Notes under the pieces: generated by a model
Database searches by the model: none
Told to the model about the DNA's origin: nothing
Seen by the model: only the letters and a program-made list of their open reading frames with translations
Assembly (NCBI GenBank): GCA_049288275.1
Contig: JBAQHK010000251.1
Span: 1-48,751 of the forward strand
Source of the DNA: a bacterium
GTDB lineage: Bacteria > Arandabacterota > Arandabacteria > Arandabacterales > Arandabacteraceae
DNA: 48,751 nt
Reading direction: 5' to 3'
Translations under genes and position numbers: made by a program
Shown: in pieces, positions 1 to 9,316 of the stretch
How positions within the stretch are numbered: the first letter of the stretch is position 1
How the letters are laid out: each line of letters starts with the position of its first letter

Positions 1-2
1 GC

Positions 3-1193
3 GGACGGCCGGCCGCCGGGGCGCTCTCCGCAGGCCGATCGCGGTCGGCGGCAAGATCGCCGAACTCGCGCGGCGAGGCCGGAGCGCGTGAAGCGATCCC
101 CATCCAGCCGGCCCTGTCCTTTGCAGGGTTCAGGGCGGGCCAGCGGGTGATCATAGGGGACCAGGGCTTGACGCTCAAAGCGGTCTCGGTGGGCCGCAAC
201 GCGCTGGTATGCCGTGTCATGCGCGGGGGCGAGGTCACATCCGGCAGGCCGGTCAATTTCCCGCACGCCGGCGCGATCCTGCCGTCCCTCACCCGCAAGG
301 ACCTGGCCGATCTTCGCTTCGGCGTCTCGCGAGGGGTCGGCTACGTTGCGCTCTCCTTCGTCAGGTCGGCGCGGGACGTCCTCAGTCTCAGACGACGGTT
401 GCGTGGCACCGCGATCGGCGTGATCTCCAAGATCGAGACCCAGGAGGCGATCCGCAACATCGCCGAGGTGATAGACGCCTCCGACGCGATCCTGGTCGCG
501 CGGGGCGATCTCGCCAAGGAGGTCTCGATAAGCCAGATCCCCGCGCTGCAGAAGTTCATCATAGAGCGATGTAATCACCAGGCCAAGCCGGTGATCACGG
601 CGACCCAGATGCTGGAGTCCATGGTGGTCAATCCCGAGCCCACGCGCGCCGAGGCCAGCGATGTGGCCAACGCGGTGCTGGACGGCTCGGATGCCCTGAT
701 GCTGAGCGGCGAGACCGCCACAGGCAGGCACCCGGTGGAGGCGGTGCGCGTGATGGACTCCGTCATAAGGAACATCGAGCGGGCTCGCCATTATCATTGG
801 ATAGGGCAGCGGCCGCGCCTCGAGCCCGAGCACCAGATAGACGAGATGATCGCTTATCTCGCCGTGGCCGCGGCGGAGAGCCTCGGAGCCGCGGCGATAA
901 TAACTTTCACCAGGAGCGGGACCACCGCGCTCAGGGTGGCCAAGTTCCGGCCGACGGTGCCGATCTTCGCGGTGACCTCGTCGAGGGCGACCGCGGGGCG
1001 GCTGGCGATCTCCTACGGCACGAGGTGTGAGTATGTCAAGCCGGTGGCCGATACCGACAGCATGATAGCTGCGGCGGTATCCGCGGCCCTGAGGCTCGGG
1101 ATCGTCCGCAAGGGCGATCTGGTGGCTGTGACCGCCGGGGTGCCGCCCAACGTCCGGGGCAAGACCAACCTGCTCAAGCTGGAGGTTGTCTGA
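3..1193 (+). CDS. pyk: pyruvate kinase, 5' end cut by window edge
   Basis: Frame is open from nt 3. Motifs GVGYVALSFVRSARDV, ISKIETQEAI..ILVARGDLAKEV, TATQMLESM..PTRAEASDVANAVLDGSDALMLSGETA. The listed GTG at 147 lies inside the B-domain, so the gene starts upstream of the window. Confidence 0.9.
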   Translation, partial: GRPAAGALSAGRSRSAARSPNSRGEAGAREAIPIQPALSFAGFRAGQRVIIGDQGLTLKAVSVGRNALVCRVMRGGEVTSGRPVNFPHAGAILPSLTRKDLADLRFGVSRGVGYVALSFVRSARDVLSLRRRLRGTAIGVISKIETQEAIRNIAEVIDASDAILVARGDLAKEVSISQIPALQKFIIERCNHQAKPVITATQMLESMVVNPEPTRAEASDVANAVLDGSDALMLSGETATGRHPVEAVRVMDSVIRNIERARHYHWIGQRPRLEPEHQIDEMIAYLAVAAAESLGAAAIITFTRSGTTALRVAKFRPTVPIFAVTSSRATAGRLAISYGTRCEYVKPVADTDSMIAAAVSAALRLGIVRKGDLVAVTAGVPPNVRGKTNLLKLEVV

Positions 1194-1234
1194 CCGTTGG
1201 ATTGCCGCAGATTGGATTCCCACAGGAGGGGCCG

Positions 1235-2266
1235 ATGCCGCAGCTGAGGCAGGATCTCGCCACACGCAGATGGAGCATCATCGCGACCGAGCGATCCAAG
1301 CGGCCCGACGATTTCACGGGTCGCCGGCGCGCCTCCGAGCCGCTGCCGGCCTACTCGCCCGGGTGCCCGTTTTGCCCGGGCAACGAACACCTGACTCCCG
1401 AGCCCGTGCTGGTCGTGCCCGACCCGGGGCGGCCCGATCCTGGGCAGCCGGGCGGGGCGTGGAAGGTCAGAGTGGTGCCCAACAAGTTCGCGGCGCTGGT
1501 CGTACCGTCGGCGGGCAGCGAGGCGCGCCGGCGCCGGCGGCGGGGAATCTACCTGGAGATGGACGGCTGCGGCCAGCACGAGGTGGTGATAGAGACGCCG
1601 GATCATTCCAAAACCGTCGCGACCATGAGCGTGGAAGAGGTGGAGGCGGTGGTGCGCACCTACCGCGAGCGCTTTCTCGCGATGGACGGGATGGACTGGA
1701 ATCAGCTGATCATAATCTTCCGCAATCAGGGCGAAGTGGCCGGTACCTCGCTGGCTCATCCGCACTCCCAGATCGTAGGATCGCCGATAGTGCCGGAGGA
1801 CATCAGGAGCAGGCTGGAAGAGGCGCAGCGGTACTTCGACGACAACGGCACCTGCGTCTACTGCGACGTGTTGGAAGCCGAACTGGCCGAGGGAGATCGC
1901 CTGGTGTCGCACAACGCGGGCTTCGCGGCCTTCTGCCCCTACGCCTCGACCGTTCCCTACGCGATCTGGATTGTTCCCCGCAGGCACGCGTCGTCCTTCG
2001 GGGTTCTGGCCGACGACGAGGCGGCGCTCCTGGCCATGATTCTCCGGGACTCCCTCGGCAGGCTTCGCCGCCTTCTGGCCAACCCCGACTACAATTACGT
2101 CATAAGATCGGCGCCCCATCACTCGGCCGGAGAGCCTCACTTCCACTGGTACCTGGAGATCCTGCCGAGGCTGACGACCCAGGCCGGCTTTGAGATCGGC
2201 TCGGGGATCAACATAAACGTGGTGGTCCCCGAGAACGCGGCCAGGCAACTGCGTGAGATCGACTGA
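1235..2266 (+). CDS. galT: galactose-1-phosphate uridylyltransferase family (HIT superfamily; GalT / ADP-glucose phosphorylase-like)
   Basis: CPFCPGNE zinc motif and HPHSQI active-site His-x-His. ATG at 1235 lies 5 nt after AGGAGG (1224-1229); the track start at 1202 is a TTG without an RBS. Confidence 0.8.
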   Translation: MPQLRQDLATRRWSIIATERSKRPDDFTGRRRASEPLPAYSPGCPFCPGNEHLTPEPVLVVPDPGRPDPGQPGGAWKVRVVPNKFAALVVPSAGSEARRRRRRGIYLEMDGCGQHEVVIETPDHSKTVATMSVEEVEAVVRTYRERFLAMDGMDWNQLIIIFRNQGEVAGTSLAHPHSQIVGSPIVPEDIRSRLEEAQRYFDDNGTCVYCDVLEAELAEGDRLVSHNAGFAAFCPYASTVPYAIWIVPRRHASSFGVLADDEAALLAMILRDSLGRLRRLLANPDYNYVIRSAPHHSAGEPHFHWYLEILPRLTTQAGFEIGSGININVVVPENAARQLREID

Positions 2267-2270
2267 CCAG

Positions 2271-2927
2271 ATGAGCGGGCGAAATCTCGAATCCAGGCGG
2301 AGGGACATGGTCGAATTCCAGATCAAGTCCCGGGGCGTCACCGACCCCCTGGTGCTTGCCGCGATGCAGAAAGTGCCGAGGCATGTCTTCGTCGCTCCGG
2401 AGCACCAGGAAGCGGCTTACGACGACAGGCCGTTGCCCATAGGTTCGGGCCAGACCATCTCGCAGCCCTACATGGTGGCGGTGATGACCGAGGCGCTGAA
2501 ACTGGCTGGTGGCGAGAGGGTTCTAGAGATAGGCACCGGCTCGGGGTATCAAACCGCGATCCTGGCCGAGACAGGGGCCGAGGTGGTCACGGTGGAGAGA
2601 AAGCGTGACCTCGCCCGCGCCGCCGAGGCCACGCTTCGGGAGCTGGGATACGTCAACATCGAGTTCGTGGTGGGTGACGGATCCGGAGGGCATCCGGAGC
2701 GGGCGCCGTACGACGGCATCCTGGTCACCGCAGGAGCGCCGGAGATCCCGCGGGTGCTCGCGGAACAGCTCGGTGAGGGCGGGAGGCTGGTGATTCCGGT
2801 GGGAAACAGTCTGCAGCAGACCCTGACAAGAGTCACCAGGCGAGGAGAGCGCTTTGAGGAGGAGCGATTGGAGGGGTGTGTCTTTGTTCCCCTGATCGGG
2901 GAATTCGGCTGGAGCGAGGGCGATTGA
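2271..2927 (+). CDS. pcm: protein-L-isoaspartate O-methyltransferase
   Basis: GQTISQPYMVAVMTE, VLEIGTGSGYQTA (SAM-binding), GGRLVIPVG. Start chosen at ATG 2271 (MSGRN..RRDMVEFQIKSRGV). Confidence 0.9.
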   Translation: MSGRNLESRRRDMVEFQIKSRGVTDPLVLAAMQKVPRHVFVAPEHQEAAYDDRPLPIGSGQTISQPYMVAVMTEALKLAGGERVLEIGTGSGYQTAILAETGAEVVTVERKRDLARAAEATLRELGYVNIEFVVGDGSGGHPERAPYDGILVTAGAPEIPRVLAEQLGEGGRLVIPVGNSLQQTLTRVTRRGERFEEERLEGCVFVPLIGEFGWSEGD

Positions 2928-2954
2928 AGGTCCTGCAGGAGGGGAAGGCGAGCG

Positions 2955-4070
2955 ATGATTAGCCGCAGACAGATTATCGAACTGCTTCATTTCGACGCCG
3001 GATCGAACTGGGTGACCAGCTTCTACATGGGCATCGGGGTCTACCGCGCGATGAAGAAGGCCTACGAGATAGAGGCCAAGGACATTACCAAGCGCGCGAC
3101 CGCCGAGGCGGCCTTGAGCGGTGAGGCCAAGCGATGCGTGGAAGAGGACGTCCAGAGGATACTGAAGTTCCTCAGGATGGATTTCAAGGGCGAGGCCAAG
3201 GGACTGGCGCTGTTCTCCTCGACCGGAGCCGGGCTGTGGCAGGCCTACAAACTGCCGGTCACGATGCCCGACCGGTGCGTCATAAACCATTCGCCTTTCG
3301 TGCTTCCTATGCTTAAGATCGTTGACGAGAGTCGAAGACTCTGCGTGGTGGTGACCGACACCGAGAAGGCCAGGCTCTTCACGGTCTATCTCGGCGAGAT
3401 CGTCGAGAGGACCGACATCTTCGACGTGGTTCCCGGCTGGCACAAGCAGGGGGGGCGGTCCCAATCCAGGTTCCAGCGGCACATCGAGGACCACGTGAAC
3501 CGGCACCTGAAGCACGTGGCCGACACGGTGTTTGAGTTCCACAAGGCCGAGGGCTTCGGGCATCTGATAATAGGCGGATCGCAGGACGTGCGCCAGAGGC
3601 TGGCGCCGATCCTGCACTCGTACCTGCAGCGGATCGTTGCCGGTTACATCAACGTGGATGTGACTTCGAGCGTTGACGACATACTCAAGGCTGCCCGAAA
3701 GATAGAGGCCGAAGTTGAGGACAAGCGCTCGGCGGAGATCTCGCAGGCCCTCGTGGGCTCGGCCGCCCAGCGGCCGCTTTCGGTGACGGGCCTGGCCGGC
3801 ACCGTCAAGGCCCTGAAGGAAGGCAGGGTTCACACCCTGGTACTGGTGGACAACGCCCGGATTGAAGGATGCCTCTGCGCCGACTGCGGCGGGGCGGATC
3901 TGGTCGAGGCGGACAAGTGCGATTTGTGCAGCAAGCCCCTGACCCGGGTTGAGGACATCTCCGAGCACCTGGCGGTGCTCGCGGTGGAGCGGGACGCCGA
4001 GGTCAAGTACCTGAGACCGAGGTCGGGATTGGAAGGCCGGGGCTCGGTGGGAGCGCTGCTTAGATGGTAA
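2955..4070 (+). CDS. eRF1/Vms1-like (baeRF / VLRF1 family) putative peptidyl-tRNA hydrolase or ribosome-rescue factor with C-terminal Zn-ribbon
   Basis: HKQGGRSQSRFQRHIEDH loop (GGRSQ at nt 3450-3464), typical of Vms1/baeRF release-factor-like domains. CxCxxC..CxxC cluster at nt 3870-3929. eRF1 domain-3-like tail. Called from motif memory, not an alignment. Confidence 0.6.
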   Translation: MISRRQIIELLHFDAGSNWVTSFYMGIGVYRAMKKAYEIEAKDITKRATAEAALSGEAKRCVEEDVQRILKFLRMDFKGEAKGLALFSSTGAGLWQAYKLPVTMPDRCVINHSPFVLPMLKIVDESRRLCVVVTDTEKARLFTVYLGEIVERTDIFDVVPGWHKQGGRSQSRFQRHIEDHVNRHLKHVADTVFEFHKAEGFGHLIIGGSQDVRQRLAPILHSYLQRIVAGYINVDVTSSVDDILKAARKIEAEVEDKRSAEISQALVGSAAQRPLSVTGLAGTVKALKEGRVHTLVLVDNARIEGCLCADCGGADLVEADKCDLCSKPLTRVEDISEHLAVLAVERDAEVKYLRPRSGLEGRGSVGALLRW

Positions 4071-4098
4071 GGCTGAGGCAATCTGAGGTAAGCTGTCT

Positions 4099-5343
4099 AT
4101 GAAGAGAACGATGTCGGTGGTGGTGCTGCTGGCGGTTGTCGCCATCCTGGTCGGCGTCAGGTTCCTGAAGAAGGACAACGGCGCCGCCGCGGCGACTTTC
4201 GAGATGGCCGTGGCTGAGAAGCAGCCACTGTGGATCAAGGTTTCGGCGACCGGCCTTGTGGAACCCGTGGTCAGGGTGGAGGTCAAGTCCAAGGCCAGCG
4301 GGATAGTGGAGCGGCTGCCCATCGAGATGGGTGACGGTGTGGTGAGAGGCCAGGTGATCGCCGAGCTGGACCCCACGGAGATCAGGAATGACCTGGAGAA
4401 AGGTCGAGCGGCGTGGGCCGTGGCAACTCAGGCTGTTCGCGTCAAGGAGCAGGCCCTCAAGCGAACTGAGGGCCTCGCCAAGGAAGGCCTGGTGTCCGAG
4501 CAGGATCTCGAGAACGCCAGGCTGGACCTTGAGCGGGCCAGGTCGGACGAGATAGGCGCCAAGCTGGCGGCGGCGAACCTTGAGGAGAAGTTGGCGGACA
4601 CGGTGCTGCGCTCGCCCATAGACGGAATCGTGCTTGAGAAACGAGTGGAGGTGGGGCAGGTGATCGCCTCGGGCGTGTCCAGCTACACCGGCGGGACGGC
4701 GGTCGCCGTGATTGCCGACCTGGGCAAGGTCTACGTCAACGCCGACGTCGACGAGACCGACATAGGCAGGGTAGCCCTGGGCCAGCGGGTTGAGGTTGTG
4801 CCCGACGCGTTCCCCGATCGCAAGTTCGTGGGCAGAGTTGAGCGCATAAGCCCGCAGTCGCAGACCGTTCAGAATGTCACCACCTTCCTGGTGGTGAGCG
4901 CACTGGACAACAGCGAGGGCGTCTTGAAGGCCGGCATGAACGTGACCACGGACATCCTGGTGGCCGGCAAGGACGAGGCCCTGACCGTGCCGCGCAGGGC
5001 CGTGAGATCGGTCGCGGAAGTGCCCGCGCTTGCGGCTGTGCTGGGAATCCAGGCGCCGGGGGCCGGAGGCGGGCCGTCAGCGGCGTCGCGGCCCGACGGC
5101 GCGGAGGGCAACTCCAACAACAAGGTGGTGTGCGTCAGGACCGGCGACCGCTACGTCTTCAAGGACGTCACCGTCGGCCTGGCGGATTACGACCAATACG
5201 AGATCACCGGGGGCCTCGGGGAGGGAGACCAGGTTGTTGTCTTCCTCACCAGCAGGGCACTGGATCAGTCGAGGCAGTTCGTGGAACGCCGTCGGGGCAC
5301 GGGCATTCCCGGTATGAGCAAGAGTGGCGGCGGGGGGCATTGA
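4099..5343 (+). CDS. efflux transporter periplasmic adaptor (HlyD/MacA family)
   Basis: N-terminal membrane anchor, coiled-coil hairpin (EQDLENARLDLERARSD), barrel-sandwich and beta-barrel motifs. Directly upstream of an ABC ATPase and an FtsX permease. Confidence 0.85.
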   Translation: MKRTMSVVVLLAVVAILVGVRFLKKDNGAAAATFEMAVAEKQPLWIKVSATGLVEPVVRVEVKSKASGIVERLPIEMGDGVVRGQVIAELDPTEIRNDLEKGRAAWAVATQAVRVKEQALKRTEGLAKEGLVSEQDLENARLDLERARSDEIGAKLAAANLEEKLADTVLRSPIDGIVLEKRVEVGQVIASGVSSYTGGTAVAVIADLGKVYVNADVDETDIGRVALGQRVEVVPDAFPDRKFVGRVERISPQSQTVQNVTTFLVVSALDNSEGVLKAGMNVTTDILVAGKDEALTVPRRAVRSVAEVPALAAVLGIQAPGAGGGPSAASRPDGAEGNSNNKVVCVRTGDRYVFKDVTVGLADYDQYEITGGLGEGDQVVVFLTSRALDQSRQFVERRRGTGIPGMSKSGGGGH

Positions 5344-5387
5344 CCACAGGTCCGGGCCGCGGACAAGACGGAGGGGACGCCGACAAC

Positions 5388-6077
5388 ATGGCGATCATCA
5401 GCATGAGGAAGATAACCAAGACCTACGAGATGGGCGAGGCACAGGTCCAGGCCCTGAGGTCGGTGGACGTCGAGGTCCTGGACGGCGAGTTCATAGCGAT
5501 AGTCGGCCCGTCGGGCTCGGGCAAGTCGACTCTGATGAATCTCATAGGATGCCTGGACAGGCCGACCGAGGGCGAATACTACCTGGACGGCGACAAGGTC
5601 AGCGAGCTCAGCGATGACGACCTGGCGCACATACGGAACAAGAAGATCGGCTTCGTCTTTCAGACCTTCAATCTCCTGCCGAGGACCAACTGCCTTCACA
5701 ACGTGGAGCTGCCCCTGCTCTATTCCAACGTACCGAGGAAGGAGAGGGAGAGGAAGGCGATGGAGATGCTCACCCGGGTGGGGCTGGCGGAGCGGGTCTA
5801 TCACAATCCCAACGAGCTGTCGGGCGGAGAAAGACAGAGGGTCGCCATCGCCAGAGCCCTGGTCAACGATCCGGCGATAGTGCTCGCCGACGAGCCCACC
5901 GGGAATCTCGACAGCCGGACCGGCTCCGAGATCATGGGGATTCTCACCGCCCTCAACAAGGAAGGCAAGACCATCGTGCTGGTGACGCACGAGCGCTACA
6001 TAGCGGACTTCTCGAGCCGGATCATCGCTCTCAGAGACGGGACGGTGGTCAGCGAGGACGCCGGGATTCTGCGCTAG
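5388..6077 (+). CDS. ABC transporter ATP-binding protein (MacB/LolD type)
   Basis: Walker A GPSGSGKST, signature LSGGERQRVAIARAL, Walker B IVLADEPTGNLD. ATG 5388 after GGAGGGGA; the track ORF start at 5130 overlaps the adaptor gene. Confidence 0.92.
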   Translation: MAIISMRKITKTYEMGEAQVQALRSVDVEVLDGEFIAIVGPSGSGKSTLMNLIGCLDRPTEGEYYLDGDKVSELSDDDLAHIRNKKIGFVFQTFNLLPRTNCLHNVELPLLYSNVPRKERERKAMEMLTRVGLAERVYHNPNELSGGERQRVAIARALVNDPAIVLADEPTGNLDSRTGSEIMGILTALNKEGKTIVLVTHERYIADFSSRIIALRDGTVVSEDAGILR

Positions 6078-6121
6078 CGCTCTGCGCAAGTATTCCGCGC
6101 CGGCGGACCTGGAAGGTTGAA

Positions 6122-7339
6122 ATGGATCCCATCGAGGGCGTTTACGTGGCGCTGGACGCCATCCGATCCCACAAGATGCGCTCCTTTCTCACCATGCTGG
6201 GGATCATCGTGGGGGTGGCGGCGGTGATCACCATGATATCGCTGGGCGAGGGCGCCCGCCGCCAGATAAGGCAGAACATGACCTCCCTGGGCACCAACCT
6301 GCTCTACGTGCGTGCGGGCTCGGCCCAACGGGGAGGAGTCTGGTTCGGCGCGGGAACCGCGTACAAGAGCCTGACGGTGGAGGACGCCGAGGCCATTCTC
6401 AACGAATGCCCGACGGTTCAGGCGGTGGCCCCCCAGATTCAGAGTCACGCGCAAGCCATATACGGCAACAAGAACTGGTACACCAACGTGGTGGGCTCCA
6501 CGCCGGAGTACGAGTTCGTCAGCAGCCTGCCCCTGGACCAGGGGATGTTCTTCGACGAGGCGGCGGAGAAGTCACGCGCCCGCGTGGCCGTGGTCGGCAC
6601 CACGGTCGTAGAGCAGCTCTTCGGCGACGAGGACCCCGTGGGCAAGGTGATTCAGGTCAACCGGGTTGCCTGCACGATCATAGGCACCATCGCCAAGCGC
6701 GGCGGCACCGGCTGGATGGACCCCGACGACGTCGTGGTGGTGCCGCTTGCCACCGCTCAGGGCAGGCTCTTCGGCAACGACGATCTTTCGTCCATAACGG
6801 TCAAGGTGTGGCGGGAAGACCAGGTCAGCCCGGCGGTGGTCGAGGTGGAGGACGTGATGCGGCGCAGGCATCGGCTGACCGACCAGCAGGAGAACGACTT
6901 CCAGATAAGGAACCAGGCCGACGTGATGACGGTCTTCAGCGAGACCACCAGGACCATGACCTTCCTGCTGGCCGGCATCGCCTGTGTGTCTCTGGTGGTG
7001 GGAGGGATCGGCATCATGAACATCATGCTGGTATCGGTGGCCGAACGCACCAGGGAGATCGGGACCAGGATAGCGGTCGGCGCCAAGCGCGCCGACATCC
7101 TGGGTCAGTTCATGCTGGAGTCGGTGGTCATAAGTCTGGCGGGGGGCGTGATAGGCATCGTGATCGGGCTTGTGGGCTCGAGGATGCTGTCGGCCCTGGC
7201 CAACTGGAACACCGCGGTGTCTCCGATGGGCATCGGGCTTGCCTTCGCCTTCTCGGTGGGGGTCGGGGTCTTCTTCGGCATCTACCCCGCGCGCCGAGCT
7301 TCGGGCCTGGATCCTATCTCGGCCCTTCATCACGAGTAG
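6122..7339 (+). CDS. ABC transporter permease (MacB-like, FtsX domain)
   Basis: N-terminal TM, large periplasmic domain, C-terminal FtsX 3-TM bundle ([38 protein letters not shown]). Confidence 0.9.
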   Translation: MDPIEGVYVALDAIRSHKMRSFLTMLGIIVGVAAVITMISLGEGARRQIRQNMTSLGTNLLYVRAGSAQRGGVWFGAGTAYKSLTVEDAEAILNECPTVQAVAPQIQSHAQAIYGNKNWYTNVVGSTPEYEFVSSLPLDQGMFFDEAAEKSRARVAVVGTTVVEQLFGDEDPVGKVIQVNRVACTIIGTIAKRGGTGWMDPDDVVVVPLATAQGRLFGNDDLSSITVKVWREDQVSPAVVEVEDVMRRRHRLTDQQENDFQIRNQADVMTVFSETTRTMTFLLAGIACVSLVVGGIGIMNIMLVSVAERTREIGTRIAVGAKRADILGQFMLESVVISLAGGVIGIVIGLVGSRMLSALANWNTAVSPMGIGLAFAFSVGVGVFFGIYPARRASGLDPISALHHE

Positions 7340-8552
7340 GTCCCGCCAGCCCGAGGTCGCCGTGCAGTCTCCTGACCGCCTCGGCAAGCGCCGATCGGGG
7401 AAGCACCACAGTCAGGCTGATCCCCGAAGTGGACATCACGTCCGGGCGCACCCCAAGGGCAGCGAGCGATGCCAGCACCTTCCTTGCCACGCTGTGCATG
7501 CCCGAGGGGCCCTGGCCCACGATGGAGACCGTGCCCACGTCCTCATCCAGCACGAACCGGTCGGTCGGCGCGGCCGCGGCCATCGCACGCCGAGCCGCCT
7601 CCTCTTCCTCGGCCGGTATCATGATCGACACCCCGCCCGGCCCCGGCGAGTGCAGGTGAATGAACCTGACATCGACGTTCTCGCGGTCGAGCAGAGCCAG
7701 CAGGCGACCGGCCGCCCCCGCCGGATCGTCGCTCGCCTCGAGGCTGATCCTGGCCACGCCGGCGTCCTGGGTGATCCCCTTTATCTCGGCAGCCTCGATC
7801 TCTTCCCTGTTGGTCACCAATGTTCCCGCCTCCTTCCCGAACGACGAGCGCACGTGCACTCTGACCCCGAAGCGCCTTGCCACGTCCACGCTCCGCCAGT
7901 GCAGGACGCCCGCCCCGCAGAACGCCAGCTCCATCATCTCTTCGTAGGATATCCTGTCTATCTTGCGGGCATCGGGCACCAACCTCGGGTCGGCGGTGAA
8001 AACCCCGTCGACGTCGGTGAAGATGTGACACTCACCGGCTGAGAGGGCCGCTGCCAGCGCCACACAGGTGGTGTCCGATCCTCCCCGACAGAGGGTGGTC
8101 ACCTCCTTGGCCGAACTCACTCCCTGGAAGCCCGCGACTATCACTATTCTGCCCTTGTCCAGCTCTTCCTTGACCCGGTGCGCCCTGACGTCGAGTATCT
8201 TGGCGCGGGTGTGGCTTGTGTCCGTCACAATGCCGCTCTGCGAGCCGGTGAAGGATATGGCCTCGCAGCCGAGGTCGCTGATAGCCATGGACAGCAGAGC
8301 CATCGAGATCCGCTCCCCGGCGGTCAGCAGCATGTCCATCTCCCGCCTGGGCGGATTCTGGGTGACGGTCTTCGCCAGAGTGACCAGCTGGTCGGTGGTA
8401 TCACCCATCGCCGACACCACCACTATCACGTCCCTGCCGGCCTTCTTCTCCTCGACCACGCGCGACGCCACTTGCCTTATTCTGTCCGGGGTCGCCACCG
8501 AGGTGCCGCCGAATTTCTGCACTACCAGCATCTTTGGCTCTTGCGCTATCAT
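7314..8552 (-). CDS. lysC: aspartate kinase
   Basis: [16 protein letters not shown], two C-terminal ACT-like regions. Alternative start ATG at 8531 (MLVVQKFGG). Only confident minus-strand gene in the window. Confidence 0.92.
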   Translation of the reverse strand: MIAQEPKMLVVQKFGGTSVATPDRIRQVASRVVEEKKAGRDVIVVVSAMGDTTDQLVTLAKTVTQNPPRREMDMLLTAGERISMALLSMAISDLGCEAISFTGSQSGIVTDTSHTRAKILDVRAHRVKEELDKGRIVIVAGFQGVSSAKEVTTLCRGGSDTTCVALAAALSAGECHIFTDVDGVFTADPRLVPDARKIDRISYEEMMELAFCGAGVLHWRSVDVARRFGVRVHVRSSFGKEAGTLVTNREEIEAAEIKGITQDAGVARISLEASDDPAGAAGRLLALLDRENVDVRFIHLHSPGPGGVSIMIPAEEEEAARRAMAAAAPTDRFVLDEDVGTVSIVGQGPSGMHSVARKVLASLAALGVRPDVMSTSGISLTVVLPRSALAEAVRRLHGDLGLAGPTRDEGPR

Positions 8553-8566
8553 CGCCGATCTCTCAC

Positions 8567-8596
8567 TTTACTTTGGAGCAGGACTGATGTTAGAAT
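8567..8596 (+). promoter_or_regulatory. candidate sigma70-type promoter for the TPR lipoprotein gene
   Basis: TTTACT, 18 nt, then extended -10 TGtTAGAAT (TAGAAT 8591-8596), in an AT-rich divergent intergenic region. Sequence pattern only. Confidence 0.3.
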
Positions 8597-8656
8597 GCGA
8601 TCCCGGTAGTTTGCAAGCGTTATGTGTGATTGCTCTCACGTCTGAAGGAGGTAGGT

Positions 8657-9307
8657 ATGTTGAGCGGACTGCGGCTCGCGGCGATCTGCATTGTCCTGGC
8701 GCTGATCGGCTACGTGTGGCTGTCCGGCTGCGCGACGTTCGGGCCCAAGCGGGCCCCCATAGATTCGCTGCCTGACAGCACCGATGTCGACACCATGACC
8801 GAGGCCCTCGAGGGCATGGCCCTTGAGTATCCAGAGGACGCCAACGTCTTCTTCGCCCTGGGCAACGCATACTACGACCAGGCGATTCCCGACCAGGCAA
8901 GGCAGAACTACGAGAAGGCGATCGCGCTGGATCCCAAGATGAGCAAGGCCCGGGTCAACCTGGCCATGCTGCTCGCGGAGACCGGTGAGCCTGACAGTGC
9001 GCGCGCGATGCTTGAAGACGTGATCAAGGGCGATCCCAAGGACTCCAGGGCCCTCACCGACCTGGGTATGATTTGCTACAACCTCAAGGATGTTGACACC
9101 GCGGTCAGGTATTATACCAGGGCCATCGAGGCCGATCCCAAGAACCCAGAGGCGCACTACAATCTCGGAGTGGCCTTCGGGGAGGCCGGGTTGGTGCTCG
9201 AGGCCATGCGGGAATGGAACACCGTGCTCGAGCTGGTGACCGAAGGCGACACGGCCAACCGGGCGCGGCTTGCCATCGAACGCGCGGACGGAGTTCTCGC
9301 CAAGTGA
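8657..9307 (+). CDS. TPR-repeat lipoprotein
   Basis: GAAGGAGG RBS then ATG 8657. Signal peptide with lipobox LSGC. Repeated TPR consensus (A..Y.KAI.LDP). Confidence 0.8.
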   Translation: MLSGLRLAAICIVLALIGYVWLSGCATFGPKRAPIDSLPDSTDVDTMTEALEGMALEYPEDANVFFALGNAYYDQAIPDQARQNYEKAIALDPKMSKARVNLAMLLAETGEPDSARAMLEDVIKGDPKDSRALTDLGMICYNLKDVDTAVRYYTRAIEADPKNPEAHYNLGVAFGEAGLVLEAMREWNTVLELVTEGDTANRARLAIERADGVLAK

Positions 9308-9316
9308 GGTGTCGGC

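Noticed and set aside
8553-8656. Lysine riboswitch (L-box) or other leader upstream of lysC.
   Set aside because: Only about 100 nt separate lysC from the divergent lipoprotein gene, too short for an L-box, and no conserved L-box core was recognised. The region looks like back-to-back promoters.
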